This document shows, one piece after another, positions 41,052 through 49,550 of a stretch of 64,000 nt of DNA. The notes under the pieces are model-generated. The model was not told where the DNA came from. It did no database searches and saw only the letters and a program-made list of their open reading frames with translations. The stretch comes from Bdellovibrionales bacterium (GTDB lineage Bacteria; Bdellovibrionota; Bdellovibrionia; Bdellovibrionales; CAYMLA01): contig OZ244239.1 in the NCBI GenBank assembly GCA_965217115.1, forward strand, positions 1,408,001 through 1,472,000, in the 5' to 3' direction. Both the position numbers and the translations under genes were made by a program. Every line of letters begins with the position of its first letter. The stretch's first letter is position 1.

Positions 41052-41136
41052 CTTGTTCCTTTCCTTCTGAAAAACGTTGTTATCTTTTTTAATTAGGCCT
41101 TGCTTTTTATAAAAAAGAAAGCCTAACGTTTTTCCT

Positions 41137-41823
41137 TTAAAAACCTTTTAAAAATCTTTCTAGTTCTTTCTTTTCATTTTGACTCAGGCTAAAGCCAAGT
41201 GGTGGCATATGGCCTCTCTCAACCATGAATTTTATAGTTGGTACATTTTGTCTCTTTAATGTTCCTCTTGCCATAAATCCCGATTCTTTATGACATCTCA
41301 TACATGTTTTAACTTTTAATATTTCATTTTCATACTGACCTCTCCATCTAAAAGGAGGTATGAGCTTTTTATCTAATTTAGTATGGGAAGAATGCTCAGA
41401 AACCATTCCATAGGATTTGATTCTTAAATTCCACATATAGATTTTTAGTCTATCTTTTAAGCCTGTTGGGCTAAAGGTTGATGAATAATTTGGTCTAATA
41501 GCGCGAGGTCCATTACTGTGACACATAAAACATGCGACCTTAAATGGCTTTTTCTTTTGATTTCCATTCCACTCTAATGGACCAGGTTCTAATTGATAAA
41601 ACTTTACAGATTTTGGCGTAATAGTTTTATCAACGACAATTGCGAGTCTGTCCCATGCTTCTTTTTTAAGACTTGGGCCATGGTGGCTTTGGTTCATCAT
41701 CCAAACATCTTTACCTTCAAGTCTAATCCACTTGATTTTGTTAAAAACGGCGTTTCCCGACATTGTTTTTGATTCTTCGGACTCTATAAAAATCTCATGA
41801 TCATCATTAAAAATGATGATCAT
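41137..41823 (-). CDS. Putative di-heme c-type cytochrome
   Basis: CFMCH and CMRCH motifs; distal HMPP. Confidence 0.75.
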   Translation of the reverse strand: MIIIFNDDHEIFIESEESKTMSGNAVFNKIKWIRLEGKDVWMMNQSHHGPSLKKEAWDRLAIVVDKTITPKSVKFYQLEPGPLEWNGNQKKKPFKVACFMCHSNGPRAIRPNYSSTFSPTGLKDRLKIYMWNLRIKSYGMVSEHSSHTKLDKKLIPPFRWRGQYENEILKVKTCMRCHKESGFMARGTLKRQNVPTIKFMVERGHMPPLGFSLSQNEKKELERFLKGF

Positions 41824-41869
41824 GAGAGATATTGTAAAAAAAACCGTAATAATGGTGATTTTCAGGAGT

Positions 41870-42250
41870 TTATTGATGGCAGGAAAAATATATCTCAGAA
41901 TTATCTAGTTCTAATTTCCCCGTAATAATAGGGTCTGAATTATAATCACACGAACCTCTTCTGCAAAGCTTTGGTTTTTTAACGATTGTTAAAGACCCAC
42001 TGTGATTAAAAAAGTCTACAACTTTTTTAATCATAAGATGTCCACCACTGATCTCTGTTATACCATAATAGGTGCTGGCATCCTCTTCAGATTCAACAGT
42101 GACACGAGTGTGTCCAACGCCGCGAGTCGTATAGTCTTCGTTCATTTTAAGCGAGATTTTTCCATCGTGTGATATGCAAGAGTAATCAGCATGGGCCATT
42201 CCAGTTATGCAGAATGCGAGGGTTAAAATACTAAGTTTAATTGTGTTCAT
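41870..42250 (-). CDS. Small secreted protein
   Basis: ATG 42250 after AGGAG; signal peptide ending AHA; divergent from lysR. Confidence 0.75.
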   Translation of the reverse strand: MNTIKLSILTLAFCITGMAHADYSCISHDGKISLKMNEDYTTRGVGHTRVTVESEEDASTYYGITEISGGHLMIKKVVDFFNHSGSLTIVKKPKLCRRGSCDYNSDPIITGKLELDNSEIYFSCHQ

Positions 42251-42384
42251 AACTTTTCTCCTTTTGTAGATGTTGAACAATCTATTTAGCCGAAAAACTT
42301 TGATCGACTGAAATATTTCTACATTTGAATGATGTTTAAGGGAAATTAATTGATTTAATAGACTTATTAATATATCTAATAGGT

Positions 42385-43251
42385 ATGAGTATTTCATCAA
42401 TTCAGCTTGATGCCTTCCACGAAGTTGCAAAGCTTTTAAATTTTTCCAAAGCAGCTAAATCATTGTGTGTGACTCAATCTGCATTATCCCAAAGAGTTAA
42501 GAACCTTGAACTTGATTTAGGCGTAACTCTATTTATCAGAGAAAGCTCATCCATTAAATTGACTGAGTCAGGTGAGAAACTTCTTCGTTATTGCCTTGTT
42601 AGAAGTTCAATCGAAGGTGATTTACTGGAGGAAATTCAAAGTGATTACCAAAATGGCCTTGATAATCAATACTCGGGCATAATTAGAGTTGCTGCCTACT
42701 CGTCAGTTCTTAGGTCTGTTATAATCCCATCTCTGAGCGAGTTTCTTTTAGATAACCCCAAAGTCCAATGTGAGTTTATTAAAGGTGAGATGGGAGAATT
42801 AACTGAAATGCTCAAAAGTGGTGAAGCTGATATCATTATCCTTGATCATGCCCTAGAGAAATCTGGAGTTGTGCAAGAAACAATTGGATTTGAAGAGTAT
42901 GTCGTTATTGAAAATAGCAGACGAACTGAGCGATCAAACGTTTATTTAGACAATAATCCTGATGATAATGCAACAGAAGCCTTCTTCCAATCTCAAGTCA
43001 AAAAGCCAAAACATTACCGTCGAACATTTATGGGCGATATTTATGGGATATTGGATGGGGTTAAAGCCGGCTTAGGCCGTGCAATTATTTCAAAGCATTT
43101 GGTTCCAAAAACAACCAATATAAAACGAATTAAAGGTTATAGTAAATATGTGATGAATGTAACCATGCATTACTTTGATCAACCATATTATCCAAACCTA
43201 TTTAAAGAAGTAAAATCACAAATTTTACTTAATTCTAAAAAACATCTTTAA
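42385..43251 (+). CDS. LysR family transcriptional regulator
   Basis: LDAF..VA...NFSKAAKSLCVTQSALSQRVKNLE..LG..LF.R. Confidence 0.95.
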   Translation: MSISSIQLDAFHEVAKLLNFSKAAKSLCVTQSALSQRVKNLELDLGVTLFIRESSSIKLTESGEKLLRYCLVRSSIEGDLLEEIQSDYQNGLDNQYSGIIRVAAYSSVLRSVIIPSLSEFLLDNPKVQCEFIKGEMGELTEMLKSGEADIIILDHALEKSGVVQETIGFEEYVVIENSRRTERSNVYLDNNPDDNATEAFFQSQVKKPKHYRRTFMGDIYGILDGVKAGLGRAIISKHLVPKTTNIKRIKGYSKYVMNVTMHYFDQPYYPNLFKEVKSQILLNSKKHL

Positions 43252-43823
43252 TAATCTATTAAAATAATTAATAGGTATGTAAAATCAATTAATTATATTT
43301 TTTAATGATCTCTAGCCTATTTCTACTTGCAAGTGCCATACACCTATTGGTTACACGGTTAATGTGTAACCAATCATGGCTAGGGTCATCATGACAATAA
43401 TACTAGAGTTAATGCCTGTGGAAGGGTTCTGTTCGGCTGACTTCTTTCCACGGTTTTTCCTTTTTTTACTAGAAGTTACACTGTGTTTTTTTGTATATTC
43501 GAATTAGACCACTCTCCACCCCATCAAAGAAGCCCTCAAGAGTGGATGAAATAATCCTTTTTTGTCACCTTCAAAGGACATCAATAAATTACACAACTAT
43601 TCGTATTAATTAGGTTTTTTAGATATTGTCTCTTGATTTGTCTAAAATGGAGACACTATGTATTACTGTAATCTCTCTCAGTTTGATTTGAGAGGGGAAT
43701 AATAATGGCATTGATAATTTGAGTGAAGTTTTGTTCTGATTTTTTGAGGGAAGAATGGGTTGGACCAAGAAAATGGAACGATCTCAAAATACTAGGAAAA
43801 TATTGATTCTATGGAGGCGTTTG

Positions 43824-45908
43824 ATGTTTGCACTTAAGCCAAGACTAAATCTGAAAATGGCTAGTTTTATTTTCGTGCTGGCTTTCTCATTAGTTGGGTG
43901 TGATGGCTTGTTCAAAAAATCAAAGCCTAAAAAGCAGTTATCTTTTCAAAAAATTATTCTTCCAAACGGAAAGAAAGTGCGGGTATCTGAATCTGCCAAA
44001 GTATCTGGACAGGGAGCCAACGTAAATACCTGGCAAGATGGAGTGAAAAAGAGAGCAAGGCAATGTGTTGAATCTATTTGTCAATTACCAGAGTCTTTTC
44101 TCTACGAATTAGAAGATGAATACTATTTTTTGACAGCCAATGAAAAATCAAAGTTGCACTCTTCTGAACGAGTATTTGAGTCAGAAATCTGGCCCAAATT
44201 GGATCAGAGGATATCGGCTGACTATGCCAACAATGAAAAGACATTACAGGAAATCTCAGACCTCGTTGAACGTGTTCCAACAGACAGGGCCATTAAGGTA
44301 GATAGTTTCACAAAGGTACTTATCAAATATGTTTTTGCTATGGATCGTCTGAAAGACTATAAATGGGATACCCATTACGACCAGGAAGAATTTGCTGCGA
44401 CTCAGAGATTAGCTTTAAAACAAAATATATTCAATAAACTTTCGCCAAGCGAACAAGAGGAAGTGGAGGAGGCTCTTATCCTGTATCACAGGACTATTAA
44501 GGGCGACACCTTCAACTCAAATCTTTCTATGATTGAAAACACTGGTCTACGATATTTTTTGCTCTACAACTATGACAGCTCAAGTATTGAAAAATCAAAC
44601 AAGTTGTTCAGACAAGAGATACAACAAAAATTTGACTTAATTAAGCAAACTTCACCACTACTCTATAAGCTCCTCATCAAAAATATTTCTTTGAAAAAAG
44701 TTTTGGATGGTGAGAAGTTGCTGCCAGTGGAAGAAAAAAAGTTAAGTGACGATTTATTTTTTTTATCTTTGTATACTGGCTTTATTACAAATCCCTGGCC
44801 TGAGTTTGAACAAATGGAGTTTAACTTCGATGAATTCCTTAAGGGTTCAGAGATTATTAAGCAACTAAGACAGTACGAGGTTGAAAATTCTGATGAAAGG
44901 CGAGCGCAGAAACATAGAGTCTCTAGAGAGAAAACCCATGGAATTTGTCGGCAAGGTATTAGTGCTTACTTGGCATCACGCCCAAGCCAGGATCAGATTG
45001 TTTTTACCAATGACTTGATTTTAAAAATTAAGACAGCCAGTAAAACTGTGGCAAAAGGCATGTTCCCCTCTGCTACAAAGGCAGATATTGATTCTCTTAT
45101 CAGTGGGATTCGTTTCATTTTACCTGTAGCTTCCAGTAATGCTACAGCCAATCTATTTTCTGAAATAGAGGTATTGTCAGAGATAAGTATCGAAAGTGTT
45201 TTGGACAATTTTGATGAGCTAGGTGAGGAAGAGATTGAGAACTTTCTTGGACTTTTTATCACTACTATCAAAATGAAGGTAGACAAAGATGATGGGGAAT
45301 ATTCACATATATCCGATCTTTGCCTTAACTATTTGCCAAAGACCCTGTCTGATGCATCGGTGACAGTTGACAATGCCATATTTACTTCGGGAACCACTAT
45401 AAAAGCTGGAGAGAGTGGCGCTGGGATCATCGCCCATGAAGTCGCTCACAGACTTTATCGTGACTTAAATGGATCTCCAAACTCTTCTCTTCAGTCATGT
45501 TTAAAGAACAGGCATTTTGAGAGTTTTATCAATGATGGTGGCGTCAATAAAGAAAAGTATCTAAGTGAAGATTTTGCTGACCACTTCTCAAGTCAGGTTT
45601 TGAAACACATGGGACTTACTAGCCCCCAGCACAATTTGGCCTGCCTTTTTTTCAATAATATTAAATTCGAAAAAGAAAATGTCGATGTTCCTTTTTACTT
45701 GAGTAGCACCAAACACCCTTTAATTACTACGGATGATGATGATGAACATTCCTCAGATACTTTTAGGCTATTGCAGGTTAGCTCTGACCTTGGACACCTT
45801 ACCCCAGCTTGTCAGATTTACGCTCAAAATGAAAGTGGCAAAACTTACCCAGAGGCAGATGGTAGCAGTATGGTTACGCCGATGGTTCGCCAATGCACAG
45901 CTGAGTGA
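43824..45908 (+). CDS. Large lipoprotein with a C-terminal HEXXH zinc metallopeptidase-like domain
   Basis: LVGC lipobox; IIAHEVAH ... EDFAD ... EHSSDTFR; start chosen after GGAGG. Confidence 0.65.
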   Translation: MFALKPRLNLKMASFIFVLAFSLVGCDGLFKKSKPKKQLSFQKIILPNGKKVRVSESAKVSGQGANVNTWQDGVKKRARQCVESICQLPESFLYELEDEYYFLTANEKSKLHSSERVFESEIWPKLDQRISADYANNEKTLQEISDLVERVPTDRAIKVDSFTKVLIKYVFAMDRLKDYKWDTHYDQEEFAATQRLALKQNIFNKLSPSEQEEVEEALILYHRTIKGDTFNSNLSMIENTGLRYFLLYNYDSSSIEKSNKLFRQEIQQKFDLIKQTSPLLYKLLIKNISLKKVLDGEKLLPVEEKKLSDDLFFLSLYTGFITNPWPEFEQMEFNFDEFLKGSEIIKQLRQYEVENSDERRAQKHRVSREKTHGICRQGISAYLASRPSQDQIVFTNDLILKIKTASKTVAKGMFPSATKADIDSLISGIRFILPVASSNATANLFSEIEVLSEISIESVLDNFDELGEEEIENFLGLFITTIKMKVDKDDGEYSHISDLCLNYLPKTLSDASVTVDNAIFTSGTTIKAGESGAGIIAHEVAHRLYRDLNGSPNSSLQSCLKNRHFESFINDGGVNKEKYLSEDFADHFSSQVLKHMGLTSPQHNLACLFFNNIKFEKENVDVPFYLSSTKHPLITTDDDDEHSSDTFRLLQVSSDLGHLTPACQIYAQNESGKTYPEADGSSMVTPMVRQCTAE

Positions 45909-46062
45909 GCCTTTCGACAGCAATATTGCAAATTATCAAAAACCACAGGGCTGAGTTTACTTAGATTATTTCTTGTTACTGAGTTTCATTGTAATTCTCT
46001 CATAAAATAACAATAAAAACTCTAAAACGGAGAGAGGCTAAGAAAAAAATCTAATAGATCTG

Positions 46063-46536
46063 TTAAAAATCTGTCTCAATAATAAAAACAGTGGAGAGTT
46101 TTTTTAAAGTAATCGGGCCTTTGTGCCAACTTTCTATTTCAGGGAGATACATGCCATCTGTATTTTTTGCTAAATCATTAACTGTTATTAATTCACTATA
46201 GAAGTTCTTTGAAAACAATAAATACACAAGATGAGATTTTTTATCAGAGATTTCTAAAAAATCATAAAAGGATTTTCCTGGAGCTATTTGCTTTTCTGTT
46301 TTATTCCTTAAATCAAACAAACAAACGGCCTCTAGTATAGAGCCGACACTCTCATGTGAGTGCAACGATGTGGTTTTCAAATTTTGAGTAGAGCTAGGAA
46401 GAATAGCGCCTTTAGATTTTATTGATAAATATTTCTCCATAGAAGTAAAATGAAAGACTTGATTTTTTATTTTTGGGTAAAAAGTCTCTTCCATCTCTTC
46501 TCTTGATTTAATGGATAGATGAACTTCCTTTGGCAT
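46063..46536 (-). CDS. Hypothetical protein, possible ADP-ribosyltransferase-like fold
   Basis: VFHFTS...SIKSKGAILP and PEIESW..GPI motifs. Confidence 0.55.
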   Translation of the reverse strand: MPKEVHLSIKSREEMEETFYPKIKNQVFHFTSMEKYLSIKSKGAILPSSTQNLKTTSLHSHESVGSILEAVCLFDLRNKTEKQIAPGKSFYDFLEISDKKSHLVYLLFSKNFYSELITVNDLAKNTDGMYLPEIESWHKGPITLKKLSTVFIIETDF

Positions 46537-46685
46537 ACTTGTAAACCTTCTTATTTTAACACTTGATTTAAAAAAACCTAAAGCCTTCTCTAGAGGGGCT
46601 TTTTTATCATTAAATTTTCATTGCCTTTGCGTGTAAGGCTTAGATACAAATCTAGGGTTCTAGAGTGAGTTTAATTTTACTTTTT

Positions 46686-47051
46686 CTATTGGTAGAACAT
46701 TTGACAGTCGTCGAGCATATCTACTTCTTCAGGGAGTTTTAGGTCTCCTTTTTCAAAACTGTATTTCATTTCACACTTAAAAGGAGAGTGATGAAAGCAG
46801 GCGTGGATGTCTTTCCCTTGGTAGATATCCAGATAGACGGTTTGTTTTTTTAAGTCGATACTTGAAATAGAAAAGCGAGGCTCACCACAGTCTTCACCGT
46901 CATCCCCGTACCAAAAATCATCTAATATATTATTAGAGCCCTTAATTATCTCATTTATTTTTTCCTCAAAACCCTCAGAATTAGATTGAACATCGGCACT
47001 TACAGCGATGGTTAAAACACAAGAGATTATAAATAAACAGGCCTTTCTCAT
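46686..47051 (-). CDS. Small secreted acidic protein
   Basis: GAGGA RBS, signal peptide, four mature-region Cys. Confidence 0.75.
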   Translation of the reverse strand: MRKACLFIISCVLTIAVSADVQSNSEGFEEKINEIIKGSNNILDDFWYGDDGEDCGEPRFSISSIDLKKQTVYLDIYQGKDIHACFHHSPFKCEMKYSFEKGDLKLPEEVDMLDDCQMFYQ

Positions 47052-47081
47052 GATACTTCCTCATTTATTACTCATCTGAGC

Positions 47082-47250
47082 AATGGTTTATTTGTTCGAT
47101 TCCTTTAAAATTCCTGTGCGACTATAATCGACTTTAGGCATGAAAAGGGAAAAATCTGTGGGGAGTGTAATTTTTACCGGTTTTGAGATCTTGCTTTTAA
47201 AAGCGAACCTCTCGAACCCAAAGAAAAAGACGACTCGAAGGTCGTCTTTT
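47082..47250 (-). repeat. 169-bp direct repeat, copy 1 (terminator plus L motif)
   Basis: About 4 mismatches versus 47641-47809; includes AAAAAGACGAC-TCGAAG-GTCGTCTTTT. Confidence 0.96.
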
Positions 47251-47295
47251 CATCTTCTTCTAGTCTTGTCGGCTAAGGAATGATTATTTATCTAG
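47246..47295 (-). repeat. R motif, copy 4
   Basis: Minus strand CTAGATAAATAATCATTCCTTAGCCGACAAGACTAGAAGAAGATGAAAAG, 8 nt after the 47304 stop. Confidence 0.85.
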
Positions 47296-47303
47296 TAAAA
47301 TGC

Positions 47304-47621
47304 TTATTTTGAGAACTCTAATTTTCGTTCTAACCTTATCCACTTTCCTGGCATAAACAAAAACGCGAAAGGTAGCTTCCATCCAGAGATATTTGGTTCA
47401 CAGTGAAAAAACACATCTTCATTGTCTTGAGTTACTTCAAATTCCTTACTCGTTGAGCACCAATCTATTCTCAAACTCAATTTATGTTTACCTAGGGGAC
47501 AACTAAACGTAAAATCCTCATCATGCTTTATTTCGCCAATTTTTTTTTCATTAAGAAAAATTTTATATGCTCTAAGACTGTCTCCCAAGCTTTTTTTCCT
47601 GCTAATAACTAGTTTTCCCAT
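47304..47621 (-). CDS. Small beta-rich hypothetical protein
   Basis: KLVISRKK....RAYKIFLN...IGEIK...G.H.L...IDWCS; ATG 47621. Confidence 0.7.
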   Translation of the reverse strand: MGKLVISRKKSLGDSLRAYKIFLNEKKIGEIKHDEDFTFSCPLGKHKLSLRIDWCSTSKEFEVTQDNEDVFFHCEPNISGWKLPFAFLFMPGKWIRLERKLEFSK

Positions 47622-47640
47622 TTTACACCTGATCAAAATT

Positions 47641-47809
47641 AATGGTTTATTTATTCGATTCCTTTAAATTTCCTGTGCGACTATAATCGACTTTAGGCAT
47701 GAAAAGGGAAAAATCTGTGGGGAGTGTAATTTTTACCGGTTTTGAAATCTTGCTTTTAAAAGCAAACCTCTCGAACCCAAAGAAAAAGACGACTCGAAGG
47801 TCGTCTTTT
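47641..47809 (-). repeat. 169-bp direct repeat, copy 2
   Basis: Near-identical to 47082-47250. Confidence 0.96.
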
Positions 47810-47930
47810 TAGATATTTCGTTGCCTCTGTAGGGTTCAATACGAGTTTCTAGTTGCGATTTGAGGGGAAACTAGGTATTGATACTAAAAATCTCCGCTTG
47901 ATCAATCCTCAGGCGGTCAGGACAGAGACA

Positions 47931-49511
47931 ATGATTAATGTGAGTGACATTAGCTTGGCCTTCGGCGGGCAAAAACTATTTGATGATGTAAACATAAAGT
48001 TCACTCCAGGGAATTGCTATGGCCTTATTGGAGCCAACGGAGCGGGAAAATCGACTTTTTTAAAGATACTGTCTGGTGATGTTGAAGCACAAACGGGGTC
48101 AATCACCTTAGGGGCTGGTGAAAGGTTGTCGATTCTAAAACAAGATCATTTCGCTTACGATGAACACAGTGTTTTAGACACGGTGTTGATGGGAAATAAA
48201 AAAATATATTCTATCATGAAAGAAAAAAAAGCGATCTATGAGAAAGAAAATTTTTCTGATGAAGATGGCGTGAGAGCAGGGGATTTGGAAGAAAAATTCA
48301 CTGAGCTCAATGGTTGGGAAATAGAATCTGAGGCAGGAATTTTACTTGCTGGTTTAGGTATCGAGACAAGCACCCATGAAAGGCTGATGAAGGAATTATC
48401 TAGCGATGAAAAAGTAAAAATACTACTGGCCCAAGCTCTTATCGGTTCTCCCGAGGTTTTACTCTTAGATGAACCGACGAACCATTTAGATATAGAAGCT
48501 ATTCATTGGTTAGAGGAATTTTTACTGGATTTTCCTAATACGGTGATTGTGGTTTCACATGACAGACATTTTTTAAATAAAGTTTGCACTCATATTGCGG
48601 ACATTGATTTTAAGAAAATCACCGTTTATGCAGGTAACTATGATTTTTGGAAACAGTCTTCGGAGTTAGCTCTGCAATTAAAAGGGAATCAGCGAAAAAA
48701 GTCAGAAGACAAAGCTGCTGAATTGAAGAGCTTTATTCAGAGGTTTTCTGCGAATGCGGCAAAATCTAAGCAAGCGACCTCTCGACAGAAACAGCTTGAA
48801 AAATTAAAGATAGAAGATTTACCGAGATCAACTCGAAAATACCCTTATATTAAATTTGAGCCTAAGCGTGAGGCAGGTAAAGATCTATTGAGAGTGGATG
48901 GATTAAGTAAAAGTGTTGAGGGTGTGAAGGTTTTGGATAACATCTCTTTTAGTCTTAAGAGAGGAGATAAGGTTGTTTTTTTAGGAAAAAATGATGTTGC
49001 AAAAACAACTTTGTTTGAAATTTTAACAGGTGAATTAAAGCCTGACTCTGGGGCTTTTGAATGGGGGGTAACGACATCGCGATCTTATTTTCCCAATGAT
49101 AATTCTTCTTTTTTTATGGATAGTGACAACTCTATTTTGGACTGGTTACGTGAGTATTCTGAGGATAAAGATGAATCCTTTGTTCGGGGTTTTTTAGGTA
49201 AAATGTTATTCTCTGGAGATGAGGCTCTTAAAAAAACGAATGTTTTATCTGGAGGGGAGAGAGTTCGGTGTATGTTGTCTAAAATGATGTTGTCTGGTGC
49301 CAATGTCTTATTGTTAGATGGTCCAACGAATCATTTAGACTTAGAGAGTGTTACAGCAGTAAATGATGGTTTAGTAAAATTCACAGGAACAGCACTTTTT
49401 ACGTCCCACGACCATGAATTTATCCAAACAGTAGCCAATCGTATTATTGAAATTGATGTGCAACTAGTAGAGGATAAGTACACTTCTTATGATGACTATT
49501 TAAAATTATAA
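47931..49511 (+). CDS. ABC-F family ATPase (YbiT/YkpA-like)
   Basis: Two NBDs (GANGAGKST, LLLDEPTNHLD; LSGGE, LLLDGPTNHLD), linker FSANAAKSKQATSR, no TM. Confidence 0.93.
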   Translation: MINVSDISLAFGGQKLFDDVNIKFTPGNCYGLIGANGAGKSTFLKILSGDVEAQTGSITLGAGERLSILKQDHFAYDEHSVLDTVLMGNKKIYSIMKEKKAIYEKENFSDEDGVRAGDLEEKFTELNGWEIESEAGILLAGLGIETSTHERLMKELSSDEKVKILLAQALIGSPEVLLLDEPTNHLDIEAIHWLEEFLLDFPNTVIVVSHDRHFLNKVCTHIADIDFKKITVYAGNYDFWKQSSELALQLKGNQRKKSEDKAAELKSFIQRFSANAAKSKQATSRQKQLEKLKIEDLPRSTRKYPYIKFEPKREAGKDLLRVDGLSKSVEGVKVLDNISFSLKRGDKVVFLGKNDVAKTTLFEILTGELKPDSGAFEWGVTTSRSYFPNDNSSFFMDSDNSILDWLREYSEDKDESFVRGFLGKMLFSGDEALKKTNVLSGGERVRCMLSKMMLSGANVLLLDGPTNHLDLESVTAVNDGLVKFTGTALFTSHDHEFIQTVANRIIEIDVQLVEDKYTSYDDYLKL

Positions 49512-49550
49512 TTCTGTAAAAAATGGTAACTTCGCTCAGGTTTTTTTTTG

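Noticed and set aside
43706..43722. sigma54-like TGGCA site
   Set aside because: Wrong spacing and no -12 GC.
2865..47295. Classical integron attC or CRISPR interpretation of the repeats
   Set aside because: No RYYYAAC/GTTRRRY boxes, no intI, no regular repeat-spacer periodicity and no cas genes.
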